Of a DNA stretch of 53,274 bases, positions 36,538-48,706 are shown piece after piece (position 1 is the first letter of the stretch; every line of letters begins with the position of its first letter). The stretch comes from Cladosporium halotolerans (Eukaryota), in contig NW_027191477.1 of NCBI RefSeq assembly GCF_011745625.1, positions 310,001-363,274 of the forward strand. Direction: 5' to 3'. Below the pieces are notes generated by a model that searched no databases, had not been told where the DNA came from, and saw only the letters and a program-made list of their open reading frames with translations. The translations under genes were made by a program, and so were the position numbers.

Positions 36538-37135
36538 TGTGATTTTTTTTTTGAGGTAGAATGTGTCTTCAAAGTGTGACGTTGATTGAGGAGGAAAGGT
36601 TTACAATCCTCGCGAGATATTACGTGCAGTATGGCGGGGCAGCAAGATCGGAAGCGCTTTATCTATGGGGAAACGCGAGGATCAAGAATGGCGTCAAGGG
36701 ACTCAGCCGAACAATATATACCCTCTGGAATACTAGTATCGATTCTCTACATGCTAGAAAAGGAAACAGCGCCGTCACGTTTCTGGACACCGCAGCTTCG
36801 GCGTTGCAGTGGGGCTTGGCCGGGTGTGACATTTTCTTTGATGTTCTCTGCCAATGCGGAGTGAACTGCAATTGCAGTGGCTGCGATGGTTGAGTGATCA
36901 AAACGTGTAGTGAGGCCGGAGAACAGTATGGGTATCAAAAGAAAATCGTTTCGGCAGCAAGAATACGGGACAGGCATTGTGACTTTCGAACCGATTTCTT
37001 GACTCCGTGGCTAGTTACGTCGCATCTATTGCCGCAATGCTAGCACTGAGAAAATGCACTGCTAACGCCGATAACTTTCCACGTTTCGAAGGCGGCGCGC
37101 CGCCAAAAACTCATCCCATCATCCTAGCGTCCCGC

Positions 37136-38042
37136 TTACACAGACTCAAGAACGGTCTCCTTGAACTCACGCTCAACCTTCTGGCCAGACTCGTCGGTGG
37201 TGGACTCGCCGTGGAGGGAGAGGAGGTTGCCGAGGTCGAACTTGGGGGCCTTGAGGAGCTTGACCTTGCGGACGTGGACCTAAAGTGATTGTTAGAAATG
37301 CGCGCAAGATGAACAATTCGCCGATACGTACGTCGCGCAGAGGGTAGATGCCCTGGGTGGCCTTCTCAATCTCACGGCCCATAACCTCAGGAATGAGCTT
37401 GGTGGTGAGCTGGCTGAGGGTGCAGCTGGAAGCCTCCCTCGACATGATGTCCACCATCTTCTTGCGGATCTGGCGGATCTGGGAAGACCGCGCGTAGGTG
37501 GTCTTCTTGATCTGGTTGGGGCGCCTCTTGGTGAAGGCAATGGCGAAAAGACGGAGGAGGTAGTCGTCGGTGGTCTTGACGACGACGTTGGCCTCGATCA
37601 GGCTCTGCCACTTGCGGACGAGGGAGGCGAGCTTGTCGTGGGTGAAGTCCAGACCGTAGAAGTTGGTCAGGCAGTTCTTGCCCTGGACCTCGTCGACGCG
37701 CAGCTTGATCTTGCGGAAGCTGTGGTCCTCATCCTTCTGGAGATCGGCGAGGGAAGCCTCGAAGACACGGCCCTTGAGAGAGTCGTTGGCGTTCTTGAGA
37801 CCGGTGGTGCGGTTCACGAGGGTCTTGCCGACACTGGCAGAGTGTTAGTACGGTGTTCTCAATTCCCCAGCGCTCTTTTCTCGTCCGGTGCGATCGGTGG
37901 TGGGTGGTGGTGCGGCGTACTCTCTGATGGCGAAGGTGGAGGGGGCCTTGACGGAGTACCAGTCCTTCTTCGCGAAGGGGTCGGTTCTCTTCTTCAAGCC
38001 CTTCTTGCCCTTGGACAATCTCTTGTTCTTGCCAACCGCCAT
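37136..38042 (-). CDS. RPS1: 40S ribosomal protein eS1 (S1/S3A)
   Basis: Starts [18 protein letters not shown]. Introns 37920-37834 and 37331-37280. Ends ...ETVLESV*. Confidence 0.98.
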
Positions 38043-38711
38043 GTTTGCGGAATGTCAAGAAGCTGTAGATTAGTAGTGGTTGTCGGCGACGTCGTGGTCA
38101 AGCAAAGTCTCGAAATTGCGCTGGATGCAAATGGAGGCTTTCGCTTTGGACTCGCCAAGCCTGAATTCGTGCCCACCATGAGCGTCGCACTCGCGGATGC
38201 TGCCGCTCTTCCCGCTGCCGCTGCCGTCGAGCGATTCCGATGATCAGCCGAAGCTGTTTTTGAAGACGGCCGATGATGAACAAAATTGACGGAGCCAGAC
38301 TCCGACTGCACTCAAGATTCCTGATTTGCCTGAAGCCTCACAGTCAATGCATGGGAAGAAATTGGACCTCGTCTATCTGAGCCATACGGATGACATCCCT
38401 CACGTGAGATGGACGGCCTCTCAACATCTTCAATGTTCCACAGAATACGCCGTGCGGTACAATCGTCTCTATCAAGATCAAGCGGACCAGATATTGCTTG
38501 CAGTACGGCGGATCCAATGATGTCGTCGATTGATTCCATTGACAAGCACAAGGTTCTTTCGGCGTGAAACACATATTCGTAAATCGTCTAGTTTACGGCT
38601 CCCTACCTATCCTCACACCCTCTAGCCATCACCACCCTCCTCAGCACCACTCATTCCCTCACTCCCTTACTCCCTTACTCTCCTCACCTCCCTCTCTCTA
38701 CCTCACCCAAA

Positions 38712-41228
38712 TCAAACCTTTCCCTTCTTCCCCTCAAGCGTAGTATCCATATCATAAAGCGGCTCGAGCGTAGCATCCTTGCGCTGCAGCACCCACCTCT
38801 TGAACCACCACGGCGCGGCCTTGCGCGTCTGGTACGCGATAAACTTCTTGCCGGGAACGGCGAAGATGTAGTCGAGCTCCTCTAGCGTGCGCTGCTTGGT
38901 CTCAGGCACGAAGAGGAAGATCATCACAAAGGCGCAGACGTTCAGGCCTGCATAGAAGCCGAAAGCGCCTGGGGAGGGAGGTGTGTTAGTCGGTGGGATT
39001 TGAAGGGGAGGAGAGTATAGGCGGGCTTACCGGTCGGTGTGAAAGCAGCTAGGATGGCAGGGAAAGAGATCGAGAGCACAGCGGCCCAGAACAGGCAGGT
39101 GGCGACGGCCCAGCCCATGCCGACTTCGCGGTGACTGAGCGGGAAGACTTCTGCGGAGTAGGTGAAGGGCACTGGGCCCTCGCCGGGGGAGTAGAAGGCC
39201 GCGAAGAGGTAGATGAAGAAGGCGACGAGTCCCAGGTGAGCTTTGCTCTCGTTCGGGATGTAGAAGCAGAAGCCAGCTGCGAGCAGAGTCCAGGCCATGT
39301 TCGGGAAAGTAAACAGAAGTAGCGACCTGCGGCCGAAGGTGTCGATGGTCCAGATGGCGGGCTTGGATGACTGTCAGTGGCCGTAACGGTCTGAAATTTT
39401 CAATATCATGTGCTTACCCAGGCGAAGACGAAGTTGACCAGACCAAATCCGAAGCTGGCAATCAGGGCGTTGCGTTCGCTAGCGCCCGCCTGCCTGAAGA
39501 CGGTAGAGCTGTCTGTTCACAGAAAGGTCAGCTATTGAATCTATCTCAGTGCTCTATGATGAGGAGGCTTTGAATCTCTCAAGCGTTGTGAGGTGCACGA
39601 AAAGCCCCGAAAGACGCCAGTTGACAAGGGTCATTGGGTAGCTTGTGCTGCGTCGGAACGTGGACATACTGCAAAGAGGTTAGCATTGACCGTCAATTCT
39701 AATGGTGTGAGTTTATTCGCTTACCAGAAAGCAATGATATTGATGCCGCACTGTACCAAACGGTTAGCTTCATTTCACCATGTTCCGCAGATACGAGTAA
39801 CTCACCATTTGCTGCGCAATCATGACAACGAAACTAGCCAGCGTGGCACGCCTGACGCGAGGAATGGTGAAAAGCTGGAGGAAACGAGACACGTAGTTGG
39901 TCTTGCCGACGATGCTGGCCTCAATCTGGAGCTGACAGTGAATATAGTACAGGTCGCGAGCGGCTTGAATCGGGTGGTGACGAAGGCGGAGGAGAGACTT
40001 GTATGCCTTCTGGTAACGGTTCTTCTTCATGTACCATCTGGGCGATCTGACATGGCGTGTTAGCAAGATGAGGGCTGCACTGAAAGTTTCACACCTCATT
40101 CTGGACTCACTCTGGACAAAAGTATATCCCGATCGTCAGCGGCACTGCCGGGATGAAAGCAGAACCAATCTGGAGGCGCCAGGCGATATCACCGACTTGG
40201 TAGACAGCGAGGTTTGCACAGAAGCCTAAGAAGATTCCAAAAGCCGTCCACATTTGCCAAGACATGACCAGTGCGCCTCGAATCCTTGCTGGAGAGTTCT
40301 CTGCGGCGAAGATAGGAACCGAGGAGCCCTTAAGGCCCATGCCGATGCCCATGAGAAGGCGAGTGATGAAGAGTTGTTCCCAGTTCTGGCTGACAGCACC
40401 GCCGATAGGGGTCAGAAGGCAGAAGATGGCGCTGATGAAAATTGTCTGGATGATTGTCAGACATCACTCTTGGGGAAGATGGGGCGGTCCGACTCACGCC
40501 TCGGCGACCGAAGTAGTAGTTGCAGGGGTCCGATACCCAGCAGCCGATGAAAGCACTACCTCACATCAGCAAATGAGCAGGTCTTAGTATTCCAGGCATC
40601 ATTGTCACCTTCCAATGTAGGGTCCAGCGTTGACAAGACCGACCAGCCAACTGTCGCGTACTTGGTTTGGTGCGCCTTCAGTCTCTCCTTCACCGATACC
40701 GAATTCCTGCGATGCCGTCAGATGAGGCGTGCTGGAATTGACCGTAGAGAATACATACGACAGGGAAACTGAGATTAGCACCGTTCGAACCAGTCTGGTC
40801 CCATCCTTGGACAGCGGCGCCGATTGAGCAGACGATAATGGTGAAGTAGAGCGCAAGAGGGTGCCTCCAACGATGGGCGGATTCAAAGCGCAGAGCCTCG
40901 CGCTCATCATCGGGCAGCTCGAGATTTTCGAAGTTGGTCGGGTCTTGCGCGATCAGGGCGCCTCTCTTGACAAGATCGGTGTGCTCCACAAGGCCTTTAT
41001 CGGAGCAGAAGGTCTCGACATCGTGCATAAGATCATTATACGAGATGTCCGCCAACGGGTTGGAGACTCTTAGCTTGTGGGTCAGCTGTGTGCTTGGAAA
41101 AAGAGGGTCTATTGCTTGCGCGAGGAAACTGACTTGGCGTCTAGGTTCTTGTTCAAGTTGATGTCGGCGAGAGATGAGCTGCGAACCGCATCCTCCTTCT
41201 GGATGCCGTTGGCTTCTTTCTCCGCCAT
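38712..41228 (-). CDS. MFS sugar porter (polyol/inositol/pentose transporter-like)
   Basis: Motifs [53 protein letters not shown] and [10 protein letters not shown]. Introns 41133-41069, 40758-40707, 40608-40556, 40497-40446, 40110-40047, 39805-39751, complex 39725-39513, 39417-39362 and 39030-38969. Confidence 0.92.
39513..39725 (-). other. Predicted [D1,2] stwintron
   Basis: Minus strand reads G(39725) | GTAAGC...GCTAAC...TTTGCAG (39724-39669) | TATGT...GCTGAC...CAG (39513). Two-step removal restores TTC T|AC AGC (F-Y-S). Confidence 0.85.
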
Positions 41229-43104
41229 GGTGTCTGGATAGAACAAAGATCACCTCGGCTGCTAGGATCACGAGGAATGAGGAGATACGCGAAACAATCG
41301 ACCTTACCTCGCGCGCGTGCCGCTGTATCATATATCCCTCTGACAGCTCGTCCGCGCTTTACCTTTATTGGCATCGATGGCTCAGAGACTTACTACCAAG
41401 ACCACGATCACCCACCCAGCATCGGGCGGGAAACCCCAGCATCGTTTCGGCGTGCCCATGGGGTCCTGCGTTGCGTACGCACAGGGTCGAGGCGCTTAGG
41501 TTTCGCCCTTGGCCATAGCGGTAAGCACACGACCGCGCTGAGTCTGTGACCGAAGAGGCTTGCCTTGTTATGCTTCGCTGCAGGCCAAGTGGAGGTCGTC
41601 CAAGAGGCTAAGACAATCGGCATTCCGATGGGCGAGGTGGTCCAGGCGGAGGCAAACGGCTCAAATATTGAGAGAATGCGGACATCGCCGACCGGTGCCC
41701 AACCAGCGGGGCGAGATGAAAAATAGTTTGGAGCAAATATACAAACTGTGATGCTGAAACGGTTTAGCACAGTCAGCAATACTTCTTCACAGTTCTGATG
41801 CGCTCGCCTGCGCTGTTCAGGCGATCAACCTGACCCCGCGCCAAGGTCTGGAGGTGGAGGTGCCCAGAAAACAAGCCGCTGGAGAGGTGCGGCGGCCGCG
41901 TTTCTGCTAAGGAGCGGCGAAATGAGCCTTGTCGGGAATTGGCAATCCGGACGCTGATGAAGGTGAACCCTGGCTAGGACATGTGACAGCGGCTGAGAGT
42001 GATAGTCTCCCTTCCCCACGGGCGATGAAGAGTGGAGATTCGTCTGGTCTCGACCCTATACCGGCTGGACGAAAGACCAGCCGCCGGCTTCACAAGCGTC
42101 CTAGTATCCCCAAGGACCCTCCACGGGAGAGCAGTTGCGGCTCCAGGATGGTCGCCGCGGGGCCGTTCTGGAGTTCTGGAGCAATCCAACGGGGTTGCTG
42201 AATGATGAGTCGGGGAGGCGGCCATGGTGGCTGCAAGCCACGAGTGGATGCCTCAAGCCACCGGTAATAGTGCTGGTGGACATCGCGCCCGGAAGGCGAA
42301 CCGTGCTCATGGCATCGTTACATTCGAGGTGATGTGCGTGGGCCTTGTCACCAGAACGTGGTATCGTGGTAGCCGCGTGCCGTTGAATCTGGGTAAGAAA
42401 TTCGTGTTGCTTGGTGTCTATGTTGGCGGTCTCGTTCGCAAGGAGGAAAACCCTTTGTGGGTGGCCCCTGCTCCTCTAACTGCTTCACTGATCTCTATTC
42501 ACTCACGACCAAGTGCATTGGGTCACACAGTTCTCCTTCGCATACATAGCATTTGTAGGCTGTGAGCGCCTGAGGCTGCTTTCACTTAGATTCCGCGGAA
42601 GCCGCCCAACGAGAGAGACCACAAAGTCGGCGCCGACCATAAACCCCACTTGCCTGTCGAGAGCGTGAGCTGATTGGAGCGCGGACTGCTCTAAGAACGA
42701 AGTCCCGCTTGACAACTTCAACGTTCATAGCGACGGTCCAAGGTGTAGAGAACCACACCTGTCAACACCCAGGGAACGCTTCCTGCTTTCGTGTGTGGTG
42801 CATTGAGCGGGCGAAACGCCAGAAAGAAAACACAGCATTCTCTTGATTACGTGCGGTCGTCCCCCGGTGTGGAGGCCGTTTCTCCTTTAGAGGACTTCGC
42901 ATTTCTTCAGTACTCCTTTCCATTGACTGCATTTTCATACGCATATACGCCTGGACTTCTGCATCAGATAAAGTTTTTTCTTTACACGGCGGCATTTTCC
43001 TGCGTTTTCCGGACTATTTATCGGAGATCAACATCGCGATCCAGGAGAAATCGCAAGCTTAGACGACCTACCGACACACCTTATTCACAAACCGCCTCGC
43101 CAAC

Positions 43105-44879
43105 ATGACAACTCCACCGCCACCAAATACCATGGCGCTCCGCGCAAACGCCATCTACGAAGCCTTCAGCGACCGACCCGTCCTGGCCTTAGCGATCCTG
43201 CTCGTCATCACCATCGCGATCACTCGGCTCCTCAGCTCCAAACAAGCCGACCAAAGCCCCAATGGCGCCAAACCCGTTCCCTCGGTCCCCTACACCCTTC
43301 CCATCATCGGCCACCTTCCTTCCATGATCTACGACGCGCAGAGCTTCACCCGACGACTCCGCGCGCTCTACCACCCGTCCGGCGCCTACAGCCTCAACTT
43401 CGGCGGCACGGTCCACAACATCCTATTCTCGCCACCCCTCGCGACGGCGCTGGTCAACGTCAAATCCGAGAACGCCAGCGAGCTCGAACTCTTCCGGGGC
43501 ATCATGGGCAAAGTCTTCGGCTTCCCGCTGGCGAGCGAGGGCCACAAGTACGACGAAGCCATCATCGGTCTGAACGCCCTGTACAAGAACTTCATGTCCG
43601 AGCCCGGGCTCGGCGACATGACGACCCGCACCGCGCAGCTGGTCAAAGAGAACCTCGCGAGCTTCGTCACAGGCTCCAAATCCCTTGTCGACCAAATGAT
43701 CTGGGAGCGCAACGCGGACGTCGAGATCAAGACCAACGCCAAGGGCGAGAAAGTGGTCGAGGCGAACTTCCTCGACCTCGTGCGCGACTGGAGCGCGACG
43801 TGCGCGAACCCGTCCATCATCGGCTCCGACTTCGGCCACAACTACCCGGAGTACATCCGCGACCTGTGGACGCTGGACGAGGGCTTCCTGCTGCTGGCCA
43901 CGGGCCTGCCGCGCTGGTTCCCCATCCCCGCGCTCACGCGCGCACACATTGCGCGGAAGAGCGTCACGGACAAACTGCTCGCGTTCGAGACCGCTATGGA
44001 CAAGTACGTCGCGGGCGAGGACCCGGGGCCCGACTGGCGCGACCTGGACGACGTGGGGCCCGTCGTCAGAGGCCGCATCGACCTGTACCGCAAGAAAGAC
44101 ATGAGCATGCAGGCGCGCGCCGCGACGGAGCTCGCGCTGCTCTGGGCCGCGAACGCCAACTCCAACCCGCTGGTCTTCTGGATGCTCGAGCGGATTTACG
44201 CGGACAAGGCGCTGCTGGCGCTGCTGCGCGAGCAGGTCGCGCCGTACGTGCGCGCCGTGCAGCCGCGGCAGGAGTTCGTCGTGCCGGACGCGCCGCGCCT
44301 GGAGAAGCTCGACATCGACGGCCTGTGCGCCAACTGCCCGCTGCTGAAGAGCTGCTACATCGAGTGCTTGCGCCTTGATGCCGCGCCGTGGAGTCTGAAG
44401 GTCGCGAAGAAGGATTTCGTGCTGTCGCCGAGGGACAAGGAAGTGCAGGGCATTGTGCTGCGCAAGGGCGAGTATGTCCACGTTGCGCACGACCTCCACA
44501 ATACCGACCCCAACGCGTTTGAGGACCCGGAGGTTTTCAAGGCGGACCGCCACGTGAAATATGATGAGAACGGCAAGGGCTCCGCTGAGATGGGGAGCAT
44601 GAGACCTTACGGTAAGTCTGACTGAGGTTCCCCAATGCACGGTAATCGCTAACTTTCATTCCTCCAGGCGGCGGCCACAGCATGTGCAAAGGACGCGCCT
44701 TCGCCTTTAAGGAAATCATGATCTTCGCCGCGTCTATCATCTCCATGTGGGACGTTGACGCGCCGAACGGCGGCGAGTGGAAACTGCCTAAGCAGCGCAA
44801 AGCGACCGCTGTCTACGGCACGGCAGACTCGACCAGAGTCTGGGTGAAGCAGAGGCAGCTTCCCGTGGTGCAGACGTAG
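43105..44879 (+). CDS. Cytochrome P450 (CYP7/CYP8-like type lacking I-helix Thr)
   Basis: N-terminal TM anchor, I-helix WAANANS, ECLR, and heme motif YGGGHSMCKG formed across intron 44612-44667. Confidence 0.92.
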
Positions 44880-44903
44880 ACATAGACCAGCGTGCGGACG
44901 CAT

Positions 44904-45481
44904 TCAATAGTCCGAGTCCATCTCCTCCATGATCGTCTGATCGAGCAAGTTGCGGTTCCGGACGCCTGGAGGGGACTGGCTGAGGCCGTCGGCGCCGGCG
45001 TTGAAGAAGGCGGGCGGGAGGACGAAGGGCTCGGTTTTGCGTTTGCTGCGCGCTTTGTCTTGTCGGTATTCTTTGGCGGTGCGGGCTTTGATGGGTTCGG
45101 GGTTGGGCGCCGAGTCGAGTCTGAGGAGGCGGTGCAGGACGTTGTAGATGTAGAATAGACATAGCCCGCCGCAGACGCCGAGGAGGGCTGCGACGCCGAC
45201 GTAGTTGTAGAGAGGCTGTTGATTGAGTCAATTGAGCATTGTGAGCTCTCGTGTGGCGATGGAATACTTACCTCAAGCCTTGCCAGTAAGCGGAATGGGA
45301 GAGCGAGGACTGCGAATATGAATTGCCCCAGATAGACGACTGGTTGCAAGATGAATGCAATCGGGCGATACAGCAGGTGCAGTACGTTGAGAACGAAGGT
45401 GAAGATGTAGTAGATGAGGATGCCGATGGGGTAGCAGATCCACCAGAGGATGGTGAGCAGCCAGGAGAGGGCGACGTGCAT
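44904..45481 (-). CDS. Small uncharacterised membrane protein
   Basis: Very hydrophobic exon 45481-45272, intron 45271-45216 (GTAAGT..CAG), exon 2 PLYNYVGVAALLG...TIMEEMDSDY*. Confidence 0.75.
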
Positions 45482-46027
45482 TGTGGTTGATGATCGAGGG
45501 TGCAGCGGCGGTCGATAGAGTGTGCCACCGCAATTGATCTGATTGGCGTTGCTTGTACAGCTCGTTACACACGATCAGGCGATGATCGAACAGAGCACGT
45601 GACGACACTTTCACATGTCAGGGCCAGAGTGCAGTCCAGACAGGCGGGATGGTGTGTCGTCGGGCTGTCAGCACCAACCCGCGCGCAACGGTACGGCACC
45701 CACTCCGCCGCCCGCGCGACCCCACCGACCGAGCGCCTCGTCTCCACGAGAGCACGCCTCGCCTGCCACTGCAGCTGCCGGCGGCCGATGCTGCTGTACA
45801 ACGTGCAACGTACTTCGCCCTCCTGCCCGGCTCGCCAATCGACCCACGGCATGCGCTGCCCATAGCCGCGCCATACCAGCCAGCCGCCAGCCGCCAGCAG
45901 AGTGCAGCACCGCAGCACCGCAGCACCGCAGACCGTCCGCCCCGCGAGCCACGAGCCACGCCCAGGCGAGCGCACCGCTCCTCGCCCACGCCCGCGCCCA
46001 CGCCCACGCCCGCCCTCACCCGCGGGG

Positions 46028-47739
46028 ATGGGCAACTCGCAGAGCAGCAGCGACGGCAAGCCCAATGCCACCTCGCCCACCTCGCCCACCGTCGCCCGCC
46101 ATGTCGCCCGCCGCAAGCACAGCGCCCACGCCCTCGCCCACGCCCACCAGAAGCCCGGCGCGCCCTCCATCCTGAGCACCACCAGCTCCGCCGTCACTGC
46201 CGCCCAGCCCACCCGCGCCTACGCCCATGCCACCGTGGCACAGAGCCCGGCCTCTTCGCACTCCCGCGCCCGCTCCATCACCACCGGTGGCACCCCTCGC
46301 CTGAAGCCTGAGGACTCGTCCGTCAGCCAGCAGTCCGACTCGAGCATCATGGGCAGCGAGTCCTCGCGACACCAGCGCCCGCCCTCGCGCACCTCGACCC
46401 TGCCCGCATCCCACACACCGGCCTCCCACGGTCCTTCTCCCGACGACAGACCCTCTCCTTCGCCTTCCACACGCCCAGTCGACGTCCCGCAGTCGGCCGG
46501 ATACTCAGAGAAGGAAGGCGGCCAGTTCTATCCCTCAGGACACCCCGACTCTGGATCGCCATATGGCCTGCCACCCTCCAACTTTAGTCGGCCACCTAGG
46601 CTGCCGCTGCCTATCGAGGAGGTACACGGGCCCGGGTCACCGATCATCACGCCGCAGGACATAAGCTCGCCCATAGGGCAGGCTGACATCAATGGCCTAC
46701 CGCGGCGGGCGAGCGTGCTCAGCTCGACAACGGTGGATGATGAGGATATGGGAGACAACGAGGCATTCACGGCGGACCAGGCTTCTCTGGCGCCGTCGGT
46801 GCCTATGGAGATCGAGTGGAAAGGACCTGGCGAGAAGGTGTACGTGACCGGCACTTTCGTGCAGTGGGATCGGAAATTCAAACTACACCGCGATAAGAAG
46901 GGAGGCTTTTCTACTACACTGCAGTTGAAGCCGGGGACTCATCATCTCAAGTTCCTCGTGGACGGGGACATGACGACATCCCACGAGCTCCCCACGACCG
47001 TCGATTATACAAATATACTCGTAAACTACATCGAGGTGGTGGCGCCGCTACCCGAGTCAACAGAGAAGGAGGCTCCCGCACCCGCCGAGCCCATGCCGAT
47101 ACCAGGAGCCGCGGCGACTCAAGGTCAGGTCTCGGGTACGGCGGAAGCGGAGGCGCAAACGATCCCTGTGAGGGAAGGAAAGCAGGCGCCCGAGACAGAA
47201 GCGGGTGGGATTTCAGCAGCGATAAATGAAGCCAACAAACAGACGTCAACTTCCGCCTCGCAGACACCACAGGCTCGCACACCCGCAGAGGAAACGCCAA
47301 AGGCCGAACAGGACCAGCAGAAAGACCAGCAGAAACCGCCTCGTCAGCCGCTCCCGACCGCAACTTACACGAACCAGATTCCCCAGTTCTTGCTCGACTT
47401 GGATACTTATAATACTCCCAACGACGAGAGGTTCCAGCGTTCATCACGAGTCGTCAACACCCTGCCGCAGCCGCCTTCACTGCCCATGTTCCTGGGCAAG
47501 AGCATCCTCAACGGCAACACCCCGCACAAAGACGACGCGAGCGTGCTCATCATGCCGAACCACACCGTACTCAATCACCTTGCTACCAGCAGTATTAAAA
47601 ATGGCGTGCTGGCTACTAGTGGGACCACGAGATACAAGCGAAAGGTGAGTACCAGCAGGACCCCAGAGCCGCACCCGCCACTGACGTTTTCCAGTTCCTT
47701 ACGACCATTATGTACAAACCCACTTCTGACGACGGATAA
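46028..47739 (+). CDS. GAL83: SNF1/AMPK beta subunit (Gal83/Sip2-like)
   Basis: MGNSQS myristoylation start, glycogen-binding domain (KVYVTGTF..W..GTHHLKFLVDG), ASC domain PNHTVLNHLATSSIKNGVLA..RYKRK|FLTTIMYKP across intron 47645-47694. Confidence 0.93.
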
Positions 47740-48706
47740 ACGGCACCCTTCCTTCCCACCGCTGGTGTGAGATTTTTCGGCACGACCGCAGAGGCAACCA
47801 TCTGCTTCCCTGCCCAGACGATAGACTTCTTTGTCCAAAAAGCAAAAACCGGGCTTCCGGGCAAAAGTCCCACAGGGCATAGCGCAGGCGAAAAACTTGC
47901 GTACTTGTTGATGAAAAGTCCTTTCTTTTTTTTTTCCTAAGATTCTCTCGAGCAAACTCTTCGAATAGACGGCCGCACTGCTTTGTTTCGCAGATCAGAT
48001 TCCTCAGGCTGGGGCGGGATCTCACGAATTGCGGAGGGATGTTCTATGATAGCCAATGCTGATGAAGGCAAGAATAGCAAGTCTTGAAATTACTACTGCG
48101 GACAGGTTTCCTGATCGAATACCCCAATATGATCTACATGTCTCGAGTTGATCTTCTGTCCAGGAAACCGTGCCATGACCGAACAAACATCCAAGTTAAC
48201 GATGCCACATCTGAACGGACAGCCAGCGCTGGTATCCTGTGCTACTGCACTGCCTTCTGTGCGTGGCGTGGTTTCGCGGAAGCCGAGAGCCTGAAGTGCC
48301 GCGGAGAGAGCCACATTCCTTTGTCTGCCTCCACCATTCCACCACGCGCTCACGGGCTGTTTTTGTTTTGACTCGCGATCACTCAGATGGCCGGCAATCT
48401 TCGCGAGCGATTGAGAAAATGTGGCGCCTCATGCTACTTCGTGCGGGCGCTCCGGCTGGACGACATCGGGTTCAGGACATCTTCCTTGACGATCAAGGTC
48501 ATTTTTCGGACCAACGCGACCTCTCACTTCAGCCACGCCAAGGGCTCCTTAGCATATCAGTGACCACCACCTTGGGAATGTGCCGCGCTCCGACCGGCCT
48601 CCTCACTATCTTAGCGAACGCCTCCTTGGTATTTCCAAATTAATAGAGCCGTCACTGCATTTGCATCGCCGCGTACTGCAGACACGCTTCGCCAGCGACA
48701 GCGAAC

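Noticed and set aside
38270..38335. ATGATGA...CTGA resembling C/D snoRNA boxes upstream of RPS1
   Set aside because: The span is short, with no terminal stem and no recognisable rRNA-complementary guide.
45565..46311. Multiple overlapping Pro/Arg/Ala-rich ORFs and CCCACG-type repeats upstream of the SNF1 beta gene
   Set aside because: Very GC-rich, low-complexity leader where stop codons are rare by composition.
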